From NCBI GenBank assembly GCA_021613535.1, contig CP075496.1:310001-374000 (forward strand): a stretch of 64,000 nucleotides of DNA. Direction: 5' to 3'. Within the stretch, counting starts at the first letter, position 1, and each line of letters begins with the position of its first letter. The notes under the pieces were generated by a model that made no database searches, was not told where the DNA came from, and saw only the letters and a list, made by a program, of their open reading frames with translations. This document shows, one piece after another, positions 39,049 through 52,705 of this stretch. The stretch comes from Adineta vaga. Lineage: Eukaryota; Animalia; Rotifera. The position numbers and the translations under genes are program-made.

Positions 39049-39782
39049 TGATATATAAATATCAATGATAGAATTGATTTACTTCTCTTCACAAAAAACG
39101 CATCAAGTATTATTTTTGCATACGAGTCGACCGACGAGTAGGACCGTTATTTTGTTCTGTGTTCTTCTTCTTCTTGCTTTTATGCACACACGTTATCGCA
39201 ACTATTCGACTTTACATACTAAAGCTGTACACGCCATAGAATAATAATGCACTCTTTTTTTATTCTGGAACAAAGGTTAACGGATAACAAAGGTCATGAT
39301 GCACTACAATAAACGCGAAAAAATGAAATAAGCTAAGACTGGCGACATAATCGCGTTACGTCGCGTATTCCTCATCAGGAAACACGATATCTATACAGAT
39401 TATTCATTTCTTTCTTACCAATAACAATCTCGAGAGAGAGAGAGAGTACCTTTTATACGATGAATAATATTTGCAAAAATTGAGAGATTTGAATAATTTT
39501 GAGGTAGTATCCAATGAATAATGATATTCCGATAGATGGATATATCGTCAGAACATCTAGACTATGATAAGTTTATGTTTTTAATTTCCAAAATCGTATT
39601 TTTCAAGTCCATCCTACTCTCACTTGCTGCTTATACAGTCTACTGATAAATCGTATTTTCGTCGTTCTCGTCTATTGTTTACATTTTTTTCCTTTCTTTC
39701 TCCACTTTAACCACGTGTTAAAGTATTTCGAGGAATTTTTTTTTAATTATTCCTCATTTTTTGGAATTTAAAAGCCATTCCT

Positions 39783-41502
39783 ATGGCTTCTAATTCTAAT
39801 TCTAAATTTAATCATCTTAATGATGGTAAAATTTGTGAACAATCTGATTGTAATCATGGTTTTTGTCGTGAATCTCGTAAAAAGTCTTCCACAATATCTA
39901 AAAATGTTTCAAATGTTAATTTGGATAATGTTCATGTTGCTGGTGTCGATTTTGAATCACTTGGTGCTAATCCTGATCTTGGTTTAAATTCTTCTTCTAT
40001 TGATTATCATCTTATTAATTCTTCAAGTTCCTCGGTACGTCGTCCACTTTCAGTAGATGTCGCCGATGGTTTTCTTACTGTTTCTTATAAGAAACATTCA
40101 AGACGTGATTCGAAAGAAATTTCTGTGCACGGAAATTCTGTTAATGCTGGTGTTTCAGCTGTTGGTAATGATGTTAATATTATTGGTGATAATTTATCCA
40201 ATGGTCCTATTGTTTCTCAACAGTTTATAATTACTAATGAATCAACTCGTTATGCTCAATCCCGTTATCCTTTTGCTCCATTTATTCTTCTTTTTAAATC
40301 TGATAAATTTACGATGAACCAAATCAAAGAAGAATTAATTAAGCATTGTAAAACGGTACATCAATTTGATATTGATATATTAAATTGTCGATTATTTAGT
40401 TCAAATGCTTCTGGTGGTAATTATAATGTTCATTTTTATGTTAAAGATGTTCTTTCCTTTTCATTTTTATTAAAAACTGATCATTGGCCTAATGTTCTAG
40501 GTGATGAATCTTTTTTGATTCAATCATTTCCTTCAATTCCACCTCAATTAAGTTTACTGATGAAAAACGTTGATTTGAATATTAACTTCGATGAATTTAC
40601 TGACATGATTAAAAATAAATTTCCGGATGTTAAAAATGTTATTAGATTAAAAAATAAAATGCAAAATGATATTAAATTGGTCAAATTAGAATTAACTTGT
40701 GCTTCTACTCGGGATAAAATTTTGAATGATCGTCGTATTCTTATAAATCATTTGTCTTATGATGTTGTAGAATACTTAGCACCTGCTAATGTTCTCATTT
40801 GTTCAAAATGTATGGCGATTGGGCATTTTAAGAAACAGTGTACTCAAACTAAAGAAACTTGTAGGACATGTGGTGAACAGGTGGATAATTTAAAAAATCA
40901 TACATGTTCTCAAGTAGAAAAATGTATTCATTGTCATTCTAATCACAAGTCAACCTCGCTTAAATGTCCTGTGGTGAAAGCATTTCGTGCGGAATTAACA
41001 AAGAAATTACTAAATACAAATAATGTTACTGCACCTGCTAGTTATGCAGGTGTTTTATTACAAAATCATACTAATGTTCCATCACAGCATCCAAATGTTA
41101 ATGCAAATAATTCTATGTTAAAGAAACTCGATGATTTAATGAATACTATGACAGAAATGAAGAAGCAGTTGGATAATTTACAAGATAAACAAAGTACAAT
41201 TGAGCAAGTCTTATTAGCTAAACAACAAGGTGATGACCTTATCATGTTAAATGTGAATGAAATTTCTTCCGCTCAAAAAGATTTCAAGAAGGATTTGGTT
41301 CATCATAGTGTTTTTATTGATCGTCATGAAAATATGCTTATTAAATTATTATTACCAATGTTTCAAGATTTATTCTTATTTTTATCTTCTTTAAATCAAG
41401 ATAAAAAAAGGAAACACACTTGATGCTGATCTGAAGTGTAAATTGGATCGTTATGGTATACAAGTGAAAAAAGCTATTGAAGGTAAACAATTCACAAACT
41501 AA
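39783..41502 (+). CDS. LINE ORF1 (gag-like, three Cys/His zinc knuckles, coiled coil); one +1 frameshift in an A-run at ~41403-41409
   Basis: CSKCMAIGHFKKQC, CRTCG..H.C, CIHCHSNH..C; removing one A extends the ORF to TAA at 41500-41502. Confidence 0.88.
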
Positions 41503-44502
41503 TGTCTCTGTCTCGTTACTCTACTCCTTTTTTCTCTTGTATCTCCTCCTCCAATCTTTGTAGACGTGATGATATGTTATCTAAAGCGAAAGCTACTTTG
41601 TCGCGTTTTGATTTCAATCTTTTTTCCTCTATTCTTAATGAATGGGAAGGAAGTTTAACTCTTGCTTCTTGTTTTTCTAAATGGAAATTGTTTGTAACAA
41701 AATGTTCGCTTTCTTCTTCTTCTAGTTTTTCCTCTCTCCTTATATTATCTTTCAATGTTAGAGGCCTTGGTCTAAGATGGAATGAAGTTCTTCTTTTAAT
41801 TTCTTCTTCTAATCCTGATATAGTAATTCTTCTTGAAACTGGCAACTTAGAAATTTCCTTTTACGAAAAGATCTTCAATAACTTTAAGATGTTTTTCCAG
41901 GAAGGAGAAAACGGTCATGGTGGTGTTTTGATTTTAGTTAAAAGTGATATTCATGTTGTTCGTGTCATCTGTAACGTTCCCAATGTTTGTATCGTTGATA
42001 TTAAAGGTATTGATACATTACGTGTTTTAGGTGTGTATGCACCTGATAGTAAAACTTGGAATTGGCATGATCTATCTTCCTATTTATCAAAAAAATGTGT
42101 TGTATTCGGAGATTATAATGTTGATCTTTTGCAGGACAAACAAAAAACTGATGTTCTTCTTGATTGGGCTGATAGTAATTTTCTTTCTCCTATTTTTACT
42201 GATGAGCCCACTTCTACAAGGTCGGATCGGGTTATTGATTATGTGTTCACTAATTGTTCTAATGTCAAAATTCAAACATATCGTAAGACATCAAGTGATC
42301 ATGTTCCGATCCTTTCTGTTATTCCTTTTAAAAAGGATCAACATCGTGTTGGTAAAAATGTTCGTTGGAAGGTATTTTCTCTGTTTACAGAATTTACTTA
42401 TCCTTTTTGGGAGAAATTATGGAATGTCGATAATCTTGATGTTTTATATAATGATTATAGCAAGTTTTTGTTTCTTCTTTTTTCTCGTTGCACGATTGTT
42501 TTTTCATGTGATAAATATCGTCCTTCTATTCCTATAGAAATCAGATCATTTCTGTCATATATTCGAGCACTTTCTTTTCAACAGATGAGAACAAAAAATT
42601 CTGATTTAAAAAGTGTGATTAATTCGCTTCGAAAAATTGCTAAAAATGAACTTAGAAATTTTTTTTCCTCTAATCTTTCTTCTCATCTTCACTTTCGTAA
42701 TTCCTCTACTTCTGCTTCCAATTTTGTTTTGGAGTAGAACTAAAAGGCATCTTAAACCTTCCTCTTCTTCTATTCATGGACTTATTGATTCTTCAGGAAG
42801 TGTTTCTAATGATACTAAAACCATGTGTGAAATTGCAGCTGATTATTTTGAATCTTTTTTTAGTACTTCCGATATTTGTAGACCTCATCCTTATACAGAT
42901 TCTCCACCTATTAATTTTGATAATACCGATGAACAGATTCCTGAAGTAACTCTTGATGAATTGCTTCTTATTATTAAAAATAAACGTAAAAAGAAGTCTA
43001 TTGATGCAAATGGTCTTAGTAATTATATGTTTGATTTTGTTGATGTTAATTATTGGTCGTTATTTCTTAAATTGTTTAACCACTCTTTTCAAAAGGCTGT
43101 TCTTCCTGTTGGTTGGAAAAATACTCGTATGATTTTACTTGCTAAAAAGGATTCGATTTGTTCTCCTTCACTTACTAGACCTATTTCGCTTATTGATTCT
43201 TTTCTTAAGGTTGGTGAAAGATTATTTCTCAATAGATTTCGTGATGTTCTGATTCGAAGGGGTTTACTACCTGACAATCAGTCTGGATTCCGTGAAAATT
43301 TTCGATTACAAACACGGTTGTTGTTGTTTTTAGAAGATATCTATAGTATTTTCTCAAATAGTGAACCGATTTGTACTATATTTATTGATCTAAAGTCAGC
43401 CTTTGATCAAATTTGGCACAGTGGATGTATAGGTAAACTTAAACAACTTGGTATTCCTTCTTCATATTTAAATTGGATTGATGTTTGGCTTCGTAATAGG
43501 AAATGTTTTATTGATTTTAATGGGTGTCATTCTCGTTTGTTTTCGATTGGTAAAGGTGGACCTCAAGGAAGTGTATTAACTCCTACTTTGTTTATTACTT
43601 ATCATTGTGATATGAGTCAGTTTCTTTCTGGTTGTACTAGTCATTTCTTTGCTGATGATGTTGCCGCAGTTCTTGCTGGTCAACTAGGAATTCGATTTAC
43701 AGATCAATGTTTAGATCTTGAGAAACGGGTTAAATCTTTTCTTGATTGTTTAGAATTTTATACTTTATTAACTGATCAATCATTAAATAGAAATAAAACT
43801 GAAGCTTTATTTAGTGCTAGAGCGATTGGAAACCCAAAGTTTACTATTTCATTTGATAATGATGGAAATGATCAAGTTAAATGGGTAAAAGAATATAAAT
43901 ATCTTGGTTATATTATTTCATCTAAACTTGGTTGGACTAAATTAATTAAATTTACTGAATGTAAACTGCGAAAAAGAATAGCTCTTATTCGCTCTTTTAA
44001 ACTTTTCGGTTGTTCTTCTCCTCGTCTTCGTAAAGTTTTATTTTACTCTCATGTTCTTCCTATTTTCACTTGGATTTATCCTATTTTTCCGTTACTTACT
44101 CGTAAACAACAAGAAAATATGTCTAAATTTTACTATACTTCTCTGCGTCGCACCCTTAATTGTCTTTGTTGGAATGAATTGTTTTTTGCACACATACTTG
44201 ATGAATTATCTCTTGAAGATCGGTGCTCGGCCTATTGGAATCGTTATTTGTTTGCGTTATCTAATTCAATTGATGGTTATCTCATTTTCGAAAAAGCAAA
44301 CTTATGTGAGTTCAGAAAAAGCTGGTTAGATAAAGAATTTCCAATTAGTTGCTTAAGAAGATCTAAAAGATTTGTTCCTCAACTATCAATTCTTGAAAAA
44401 GTAGTTTCTTGGCTCTCTTCTGTTCCTCAAAACTCTTCAGTTTATCATTATGATTTACAAGAAATTGGACTTCTACAATCATTTCCTGATTCTTTCTGCT
44501 AA
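41502..44502 (+). CDS. LINE ORF2: APE endonuclease + reverse transcriptase; +1 frameshift at ~42722-42725
   Basis: APE motifs SFNVRGL, LLET, GDYN, IDY, SDH; RT motifs RPISL, QSGFR, DLKSAFD, PQGSVL, FADD, YKYLG. Confidence 0.92.
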
Positions 44503-44591
44503 TCTTATGTTGGTGGTTCTCTACTGTGGAATGTTCACTTCTTTTTTTTTTTTGTGTTTGTTTTTCTATAACTTTTTGTACTGTAAGGATC

Positions 44592-47500
44592 GGTTCTATG
44601 GAATTCCGGCAGTTAGAATTTCAAAACCTGAATTTCGACACTGTCCAAATTCAGAAATAATTTGGACAATTGTCCAAATTCTACTAGAACTTGGACAACG
44701 TTGTCCAATTTACACTATTGTCCAAATTCTTGTGGAATAACGACAGAATTTCTTTTTGCTGGATATTTTGTTGTCCATTTTCGAACAGAATTTCGACAAT
44801 GTGTAAGATTTAAAGTTTTTTTTCCTGTCGACTTTCCACTGGTAATACGACAAAATATTTAATATCTATATTTACAAAATAAGGGAGTTTGTCTCTTTCT
44901 TCAATTCACAAAGAAAGAACAAATGGTTATTTAGAAAGAGTTAGATATTCTATAACAAACCATCTATGAATTTTATTTTGTTATAAATCAAAAGATCAAC
45001 AATATCCAAAAGATAGAACACAGGAAAAATTTCTGAACAAAAATTAGATGAAATGAAAGAAACAGAAAAACAATATAAGAAAAGATCTACATAATAATAA
45101 TATTGAATTTTTCTACCATAATTTACTCTATCACCCTATCAAAAATGATTCAAATATAAATAAATACATAAAAGAATTCGTTGATAAATTAAATAAGGAT
45201 TAATCAATATTTTTATCACCAACATTATTATCTTCATCTTTAAATGTTGGATTTTGACCACCTTTCTTTTTCTTTGTTTTTATAATTGTTGATTCACCAA
45301 CAAAACATGATAAGTTAATTATGTATTTTTCTAATGTGATTTTACTAATTTGAAATAAACGCCATATATTCTTTAATTGTTTCGTTCTTTTTCTCGCTCG
45401 TTCATTACCAAATGAGAATGGCAATGCCTTTTGACGATAATTGCCACTTTGTATTTGTGCTGTTCGCATCATTACCAGAGCTTCTTCACCTTTAAGAAAA
45501 TGAATGAAAGACCATAATTGCGGATGCATACCAAAGCGATGTTGTAAACGATTATTGTACCCTAAATAAGTTATAAATAATATTTTGTTTGATTTTCATT
45601 GTATTTAAAAGCTATATCATACCTTCCATGCTGTTATTACATCGTAAATGAACAGGTCCTAAATTCCAATATTTAATCGGTATACGATCAATCCATTGTT
45701 TGCGAAAATATTCATTAAACTCATTTAGTAAACGATGAGATTGTGGTGGATTATCAAGCAAATAATCGATAGCAGCACCCACTACCGTATTCTTTACTAA
45801 TGGTAATGCCATAAATGACTTTAGCCAAATTTTAATTTCTTCATCTTGATCATATAAAGTTGATAAACCAATTTTTTGGATATTTCTATAGATGCTTTGG
45901 GTAAAGTGGTACCAGCATCCATGAATAGAAATATCAGGAAACTAGAGAAAAAAGAAAAGGAGAATAACATTTATTTAGTAAATAAAAATACTTACTATTT
46001 TTTCCAACGCATTTATGGTTCCGACCTCAAAATCTAAATAAGCACATTTTGGTTCAAAGTTAAAACCAAATTCCATTGATCTTTTTTTTAAAAATTTAAA
46101 TATTTTTTCATAAACTTCTTGAGTTCGTTTCGGAGTAAGACACCATACTAATGGAATGGCTAAATTAAAAAACAACGCTCATATTAGACTAAATATATAT
46201 AGTACGAATAAAACGTATAAATCTACCTTCGTCAAGATGTTGACCCATTATAACATACACCTGAGAAAACATAGTCGGACGAGTTTTAAATGTACCATCT
46301 ACCAAGATAACGTCACAACTACATAACATCTGAATTAAATATTTGGTGGAGAAAATCATCAATCGTCCGCCCAACTTTTTGTGAGTTGAATCATAAAGTA
46401 AAAAGTCTTCCCCTTGATGTGTTGTTGAATAGGAAGAAGGAACTTCAAAATCCAATGATTTTGGATTAGGCGGTAATAACTTTGAACGAATCTTGTAGAA
46501 TCTAGAAGCTAAATGAAGAAAATAATATACAATTATGCTTTTTCACCTTCGACATTATCTTTTGTGTGAAAGCCAATTGAAAGAATTTGCTTACCTTGTG
46601 CTTGTGGTAATAAAAAATGACGTCGATCTTCGTTGTTCAAATTATTTTTCACATATTCATCTTCTATTATTCGTGAAATTGATGTAGGTTCTGATAACAC
46701 TCGATCTTTTACTTTTTGTAAAACTAATAAACGTTTAGTATTTTGAAAATTTGGTGGATGGTTATGTTCAGCACCATTTGAATCTTTATACCCATTTGTA
46801 TCCATATTGATGTAAATAATTGATCGACATCCAACAACTTTTCTTGAACAACGAAAAGACCGATGATTCTGTTTCAAGGATTCTGACATTGAATCGTATG
46901 TGTGTCCGCACATACATAATCTATCATTGTTACGATTCGTTTTACACCATTCGATTTCACCGATACCAACTGGCCATGAAGTTAATGCCTTGAATTCATT
47001 GCTATCATCAAGTACACTTAAACTATCTTGTTGATCTTTATTAACAGAATTGAACGATGATGGTATTAAATCAAGACGCTGTTCATCATCATTCATAATA
47101 CCATTAACATCATGATTATTTTGATCATGAGACGAAACAATTTCTGACGTATGAATTGGTGTTGTTGTCGTTGTATCATCTAAACATACAATTGAATTTT
47201 ATAAATGGAATATCAAATATTTAAACATACTAAATATATTTGGTGTTGCTGTTGTAGTAGGAATTGGTTGTGTTGATAAAGATTTATTAGGTGATGTCAC
47301 GTGTTGTTTCGTTACTTTCTTCTTTTTCTTACCACATGATTTGTTAACAATAAGAGGTAGAATTACATTATTTGCATTTGACGATGGTTGTTGACGTGTT
47401 GCAGCAGAACGAGTGGTGGCTACCATTTATACGAAATTAAATAGATTGCAATTGTGAAATGAAGAATATAATGATGTTATAGTGAGATTTGATATGAAAT

Positions 47501-48206
47501 GGATAGACAGGACGAACAGCTTATATACATATGTGCACACAAAGCTAAGAAACTACCAGTGCGTTCTTTTTTCACCTCGATAAACGAATACACCAGATGA
47601 GATATATATATATATATATATATGATTAGATCGAGGTCAAACAAAAGATATACATAATAGATATAGAGAAGAATGATTCTATAATGCATGTGTTAACTAA
47701 GATATTCGAGGGTATATGCTAAGATGGTATCATATGATAATGTAAAGAAAGGCAAAACATTTTTCGTACACTATCAAAGGAAATTTCAAGAATATCAATC
47801 AATCGCGTAGTTTTGATAAAGACAAAAAGTTTAAGAAATATAAAAATATATTCGATTAAAAAAATACTATTAAGAAATCCTATACCTATACATATAATTT
47901 AATACAATATCAATCATCATTTTTATCACCTATAGATATAGTTTCAGACGTATTTTTTGAATAAACTTCTGTCGAAATTCTGTTCGAAAATGGACAACAA
48001 AATATCCAGCAAAAAGAAAATTCTGTCGTTATTCCACAAGAATTTGGACAATAGTGTAAATTGGACAACGTTGTCCAAGTTCTAGTAGAATTTGGACCAT
48101 TGTCCAAATTATTTCTGAATTTGGACCATTGTCCAAATTATTTCTGAATTTGGACAGTATCGAAATTCAGGTTTCGAAATTCCAATTGCCGGAATTCAGT
48201 TTTACC
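44592..48206 (-). mobile_element. Mutator-like (MULE) DNA transposon with long TIRs, inserted in the LINE 3' UTR
   Basis: TIRs ~44592-44798 and ~47970-48206 built from aatttggacaattgtccaaatt palindromic units; 8-9 bp TSD taaggatc(g)/ttaggatc(g). Confidence 0.9.
45200..47426 (-). CDS. MULE transposase with FLYWCH-like zinc finger, 6 exons, apparently intact
   Basis: Exons 47231-47426, 46595-47179, 46227-46508, 45996-46159, 45623-45941 and 45200-45561 splice in frame; FRCS...C...HNH, VDGTFK, LDFE, GCWYHF, NNSMEGYN motifs. Confidence 0.9.
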
Positions 48207-48297
48207 TTAGGATCGAATGATCGCAGTTTTAGCAAAATAAAAAAAAAAATAAAAAAGTCCATCCTACTCTGTTTAAGATATATTCTCATATTATACT

Positions 48298-48450
48298 CTT
48301 AGTTGGATACCACATGGAGTTGAAAGTAGTAAGGATTTCGATTGATTGTCACTGCTAGATTATTATCAGTCGGATATGTTGTAGTTGTTAGTAAAGATTG
48401 TACTCCGTCACATTGTCCACTGAATGCAAGTGACACGGTAAGGATGGATG
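48298..48450 (-). pseudogene. Fragment of a small secreted beta-rich protein family
   Basis: Reads SILTVSLAFSGQCDGVQSLLTTTTYPTDNN...; no start exon evident; style resembles the fragment at 58218-58560. Confidence 0.3.
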
Positions 48451-49290
48451 CTCTAGAGTAATGATATCAATTATACAAGTATTAATGACAAACGAGTGAC
48501 GTCATATATCCCGCAGAATACGCATCTTTCGTCTCCAAACAAAAATGAACGTATTATAGTTTTTCCCTCTATTTAAATTGAACAGCTGCATTCCGATGAA
48601 AAGAACGTGTGATCATTGACCTTCTACCAGAGCCGTCACCTACACGCTTCGGTTTTTGACCATTTTGAACTGAATCTTTCTGCAAAATAGAATGTTAACT
48701 TTGTATTTTTTCTTTTAATCTCATTTTCGAAAAAAAAAACAATGCAAATCAAAATTTTTCACTACGCCTTATTTTATGGATTCTGGCCCACAAAAACGCC
48801 TATTGTCGTTTAACACTTTCACAATTCAGATTCTACTCGTTATTACAAACAAAAAACTATTTCTTTGTTTGTTATTGTGGGAATATAACTTGTCTTTTAT
48901 TAAAAATCTAAAACTATAATCTTATGTTATCTTTGTGATTATACTGGAAACCTACACATATTTTATTTTTCTCGTTGGTACTATAGGTACCGTCATTATC
49001 TATTATCAAGTTACAGAAGAAACCCTAACAAAAAACTGAATGAAAACCAAATTTTGACAACATATATATTAATTTATACAAGCAATATCAATCTACTCTT
49101 ATTAGCTCATGTACTCAAATTGCAGCTCCATACAAAAAGTTTCTTACATATTGTTCGATGTTATTTTATTTAATTCAAAAGTATTGATCTTTATTTAGAA
49201 AGGATAGATATTCCAAATTTAGCGTCACCTACGACTGTCTCTATGACATTAGCAGATCTTTGTCGTTTTTCTGTTGAAATTGTTACGGAT

Positions 49291-49358
49291 TCTTGAGAGT
49301 GTGAGTGAGATATGGATGTATCAGAAATATAATCGTTCGAATGTTGACACTCTCAAGA
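49291..49358. repeat. Telomere-like hairpin element with the same substitution in both arms
   Basis: tcttgagagtgt ... acactctcaaga, perfect 12-bp arms. Confidence 0.7.
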
Positions 49359-49794
49359 TACACTTATATTGATATATTTAATTAATTTCAATTACAGCTA
49401 AATATTTCTCAGTGTAACACATTTAACATCTTTAATTGTGTAATACAATTTATTTCTTACTCTTTATTTTTTATTATTACATAACTTATTTTAATTCAGA
49501 AAATTGTTCGAAATGGAAATAAATTTCTTATTTAATTAATCATTAACATATGATTCAAATCTCAGTTCAATAAAAGTCTCATATAAACTGCTCATATTGA
49601 TAATTTCATAAATATAGAGAGTTTTTTTTTATAGAGAATTACTTTGTTTTAGTAGATAATTCAACAAAGTCATGCGAAGTTTAATGTATAGCTGTTAAAT
49701 TACTCGATATATATAATCACAAAAAAAACATTTGTATAACATCAAATACTAAGACATCAGTATAATCCAATGAAATAATACAAGATATTCACGT

Positions 49795-50799
49795 TTAGAT
49801 ATGTTCTACTCTTCGTCTTACGTTAATCGAATGAGCGCCAGTATTTATCTGTTCTGGTTCTAGTCGTTTTATGGTTTTCAAGACCATTTGTTTGATTTCC
49901 TGTCGAAAGGGTTTAGATATCGCCAAGTAAATGTAGAAAGTAATACAATAATTTAAATAAAATAAGATAATAAGTGCCAAAAACGACATGAATGATTCGA
50001 TTGCAATACGATCTGCACTTTTATTCAACAGATTACTTGTCAAAATGGAATATAACGTACTAATTGGATATAAAGTTGTAAGAAGTATACCGAGAATAAT
50101 TTCAGTTAAGATGAGTTTGATCAAAGTAATATCATGTCTAGTTAGAATATTCTGTGGTATGCTGTCAGTTGCTGGCATAGGTTGTATACGAACACGAACC
50201 AATTTCAAATTCTTTACAATTAAGAAACTGAAAAATATTTGAGAAATTGGTAAAATAACTCCAAAAATACACACTTGATAGATGCTGAAGAAAAATCCGT
50301 ATGTTCCACTCGGCAAGCATCGATTATTCAGAATAGTCTGATTGATCGGTAAATGTATTGAAATGAGCAGACCAAAGAGAATAAATCCACCAATCATTTT
50401 AAGTGCAAATTTAGGTTTACTAAAAGCACGTATACCTGCTCTAGGCGATGTTAATGCAAAACGATCGACACATCCCAATAAAATCATACATTTATAAAGT
50501 AGTGATGAAGTTTGGAGAATATAACCTCGAAAACGGCAAAGAAAAAGAGATTGAATAAATGGATCTGGTGGTTGATAAAGAGCATACATATTACTACCAA
50601 TTCCCCAGTTAATACCAATAATACTAAATACAGCAGCAGCAAGTAAATACAATGAACACGGATTTCGTCGATGTTTTTTTCGACAAAAGACGACAATGAT
50701 GAAGAAATTACCGATGTTACCCAATGTCAAAGAAACAGGAAATCCATAACGAATAATCGTTTGTTGTGCAAATACAAGTGAAGAAGAAAGAGAAGACAT
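49795..50799 (-). CDS. Rhodopsin-class GPCR, copy A
   Basis: 7 TM; GNxxN, NPCSLYL, CRFR, VDRF, SKPFR; ATG at 50799. Confidence 0.9.
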   Translation of the reverse strand: MSSLSSSLVFAQQTIIRYGFPVSLTLGNIGNFFIIVVFCRKKHRRNPCSLYLLAAAVFSIIGINWGIGSNMYALYQPPDPFIQSLFLCRFRGYILQTSSLLYKCMILLGCVDRFALTSPRAGIRAFSKPKFALKMIGGFILFGLLISIHLPINQTILNNRCLPSGTYGFFFSIYQVCIFGVILPISQIFFSFLIVKNLKLVRVRIQPMPATDSIPQNILTRHDITLIKLILTEIILGILLTTLYPISTLYSILTSNLLNKSADRIAIESFMSFLALIILFYLNYCITFYIYLAISKPFRQEIKQMVLKTIKRLEPEQINTGAHSINVRRRVEHI

Positions 50800-52705
50800 A
50801 ATTTTGATAGATCTTAATGAATAGATATTGTACAATTCGTATTTTATCTCTTCTCCTCTGTTTATCTATAAAATATATAAACATGTACACATTGAAAAGA
50901 AAAGAATAAAAGTCAAGGCTATCGAGATCATAGTGATAACTGACGAGATGTTTTTTTAAAAGAGATATAATAATGCAGAATGATAGTGAACTAATAAAAA
51001 GTAACATTTAGTAACATAAGAGAAATGTACAAAGTATTTTCTAATCTGTCAACAAAGTTTTATCTACAATTCACTTTTTATTTTTGATGCATTTCCAATG
51101 GAATAATCTGTCGTTGAAAAGTGCTTTCATTTAATAAAATTGGAATATAATTTCTTGATGACGACAATATCTAACAAAAAGAATGTTAATCATTCTAAAT
51201 CTTATGAAAAAGTACATGAAAAATTTAGTTTTTAGATAAAAAGAGGTTAATATACTTTTGAAAAGGCTATTTGAGAGATTCTCGTAAATCTATATAAGTT
51301 ATTAATTGAAAAATGTAAAAAATTTATATAATATCTTATCAAAATAATATAGATTCGAAAATGAAATTATCTATAAAAAATAATTGAAAATAAAGTCCAG
51401 CTAATTGTATCGTTGAGATATTATTATATCTTATAAGAAAGTTTCAGTCTTATTTTATTTCTAAATATGATAACAAATGTTATATTTATCTTATATTTGA
51501 ACAATTAACTATTTTCAATGTACATATAATGTCTTGAGAAAAAACTGAAGAGATTATATTATTTACTTGTTCTATAAAAGATATTCTTTTTAAAATTTAT
51601 TATAGTAATACAGCTGTGATATTTTTGAGTTTATTCTCAAGAGAAGAACACGATTGAATTCTATATTATATATTAGAACTTATAAAATACCATGTCTAAC
51701 TAATTTTTTTCAAAAGAAAAGTAAATTTGACTAAAGTAAATCATGATCAAATATACTTTCACGATTAATGAGAAGAAATTTTCTTTCTGACAACTTTTTT
51801 TACTGTTAATAAATTAATCTATTTTATTTCTTTCATTTTTGACGTTTTTCAAATATGTTTTCTGTAGGTGAGTTACTGAATTAGATAATAAAAAAAACTT
51901 TCACAAGTTGTAAACATACTTAGATACGTCAAAAGATATAATTTGAATTCTAATATCAGAGATTCATTTGTAAATGACAAGTTATATATACTTAACTATA
52001 GTTACTTTATTTAGATTTTGTTTTTGAGTAAAACCAATTTTTAATCAAGTATTTGTAAAGTACTATATTCTTTAACAAGTATTTTTCTCGAGCATATATA
52101 ATTATAAGAGATTTAATCAACATTTCTATATTTTATCTAAACTCAAGAAAAAGATTACAATAAGCTTAAAAAATAAAAGAGTTGACGTGATGAAATTATC
52201 AGTAAGAAATAAGTACAAAAATTAAATGTCATTTCTATTCCTGAAAGAAAGGATTATTGATACTAAGAAAAATTTCTTTTCGTTCATTCCTTCAAAGTCA
52301 ATCAAATTACAGCTGTACCCTTACGCATATCATTGAAAATATCGTTTTTGTAGAATATTGTTGATATACAAACACTCTTGTGTACTGTCAATTGTTTTTC
52401 GTTATAATCTCTTTATTAGTATCATTTGGAAAAGATTTAACGATGTTTACATCTTTTTACAATTGTTTTATAAGAAACAATATCGTATAAATTTATTCTA
52501 ATACAAAATGTTAGGCAATGTTCATTGAATTAAACTGATAGTATCAAATATTTTATTGATACTTGATGTTTTAGAAAAATAGTTTTTAAATTCAATTTCA
52601 ATAAGATATGAAAGATTGATAAGAATCGAAAATAAAGTGAGATGAATAAATGATCAATATCAGGGTGTGGGTGAAGGTATCTCTTTCGATTCGATCATAT
52701 CCTAC

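Larger units (their letters stand above)
39621..48254 (+). mobile_element. Full-length non-LTR retrotransposon (Jockey/I-group-like LINE) with nested MULE
   Basis: Perfect 16-bp TSD aagtccatcctactct at 39605-39620 and 48255-48270; A-rich tail 48234-48256; gag-like ORF1 and APE-RT ORF2. Confidence 0.92.

Noticed and set aside
41395-42740. Programmed ribosomal frameshifting in the LINE
   Set aside because: Both shifts are +1 homopolymer expansions, and I saw no obvious stimulatory structure; mutation or sequencing error is simpler
44450-44862. ORFs 44662-44862 and 47910-48107 with near-identical peptides
   Set aside because: Translations of the MULE terminal inverted repeats, not genes
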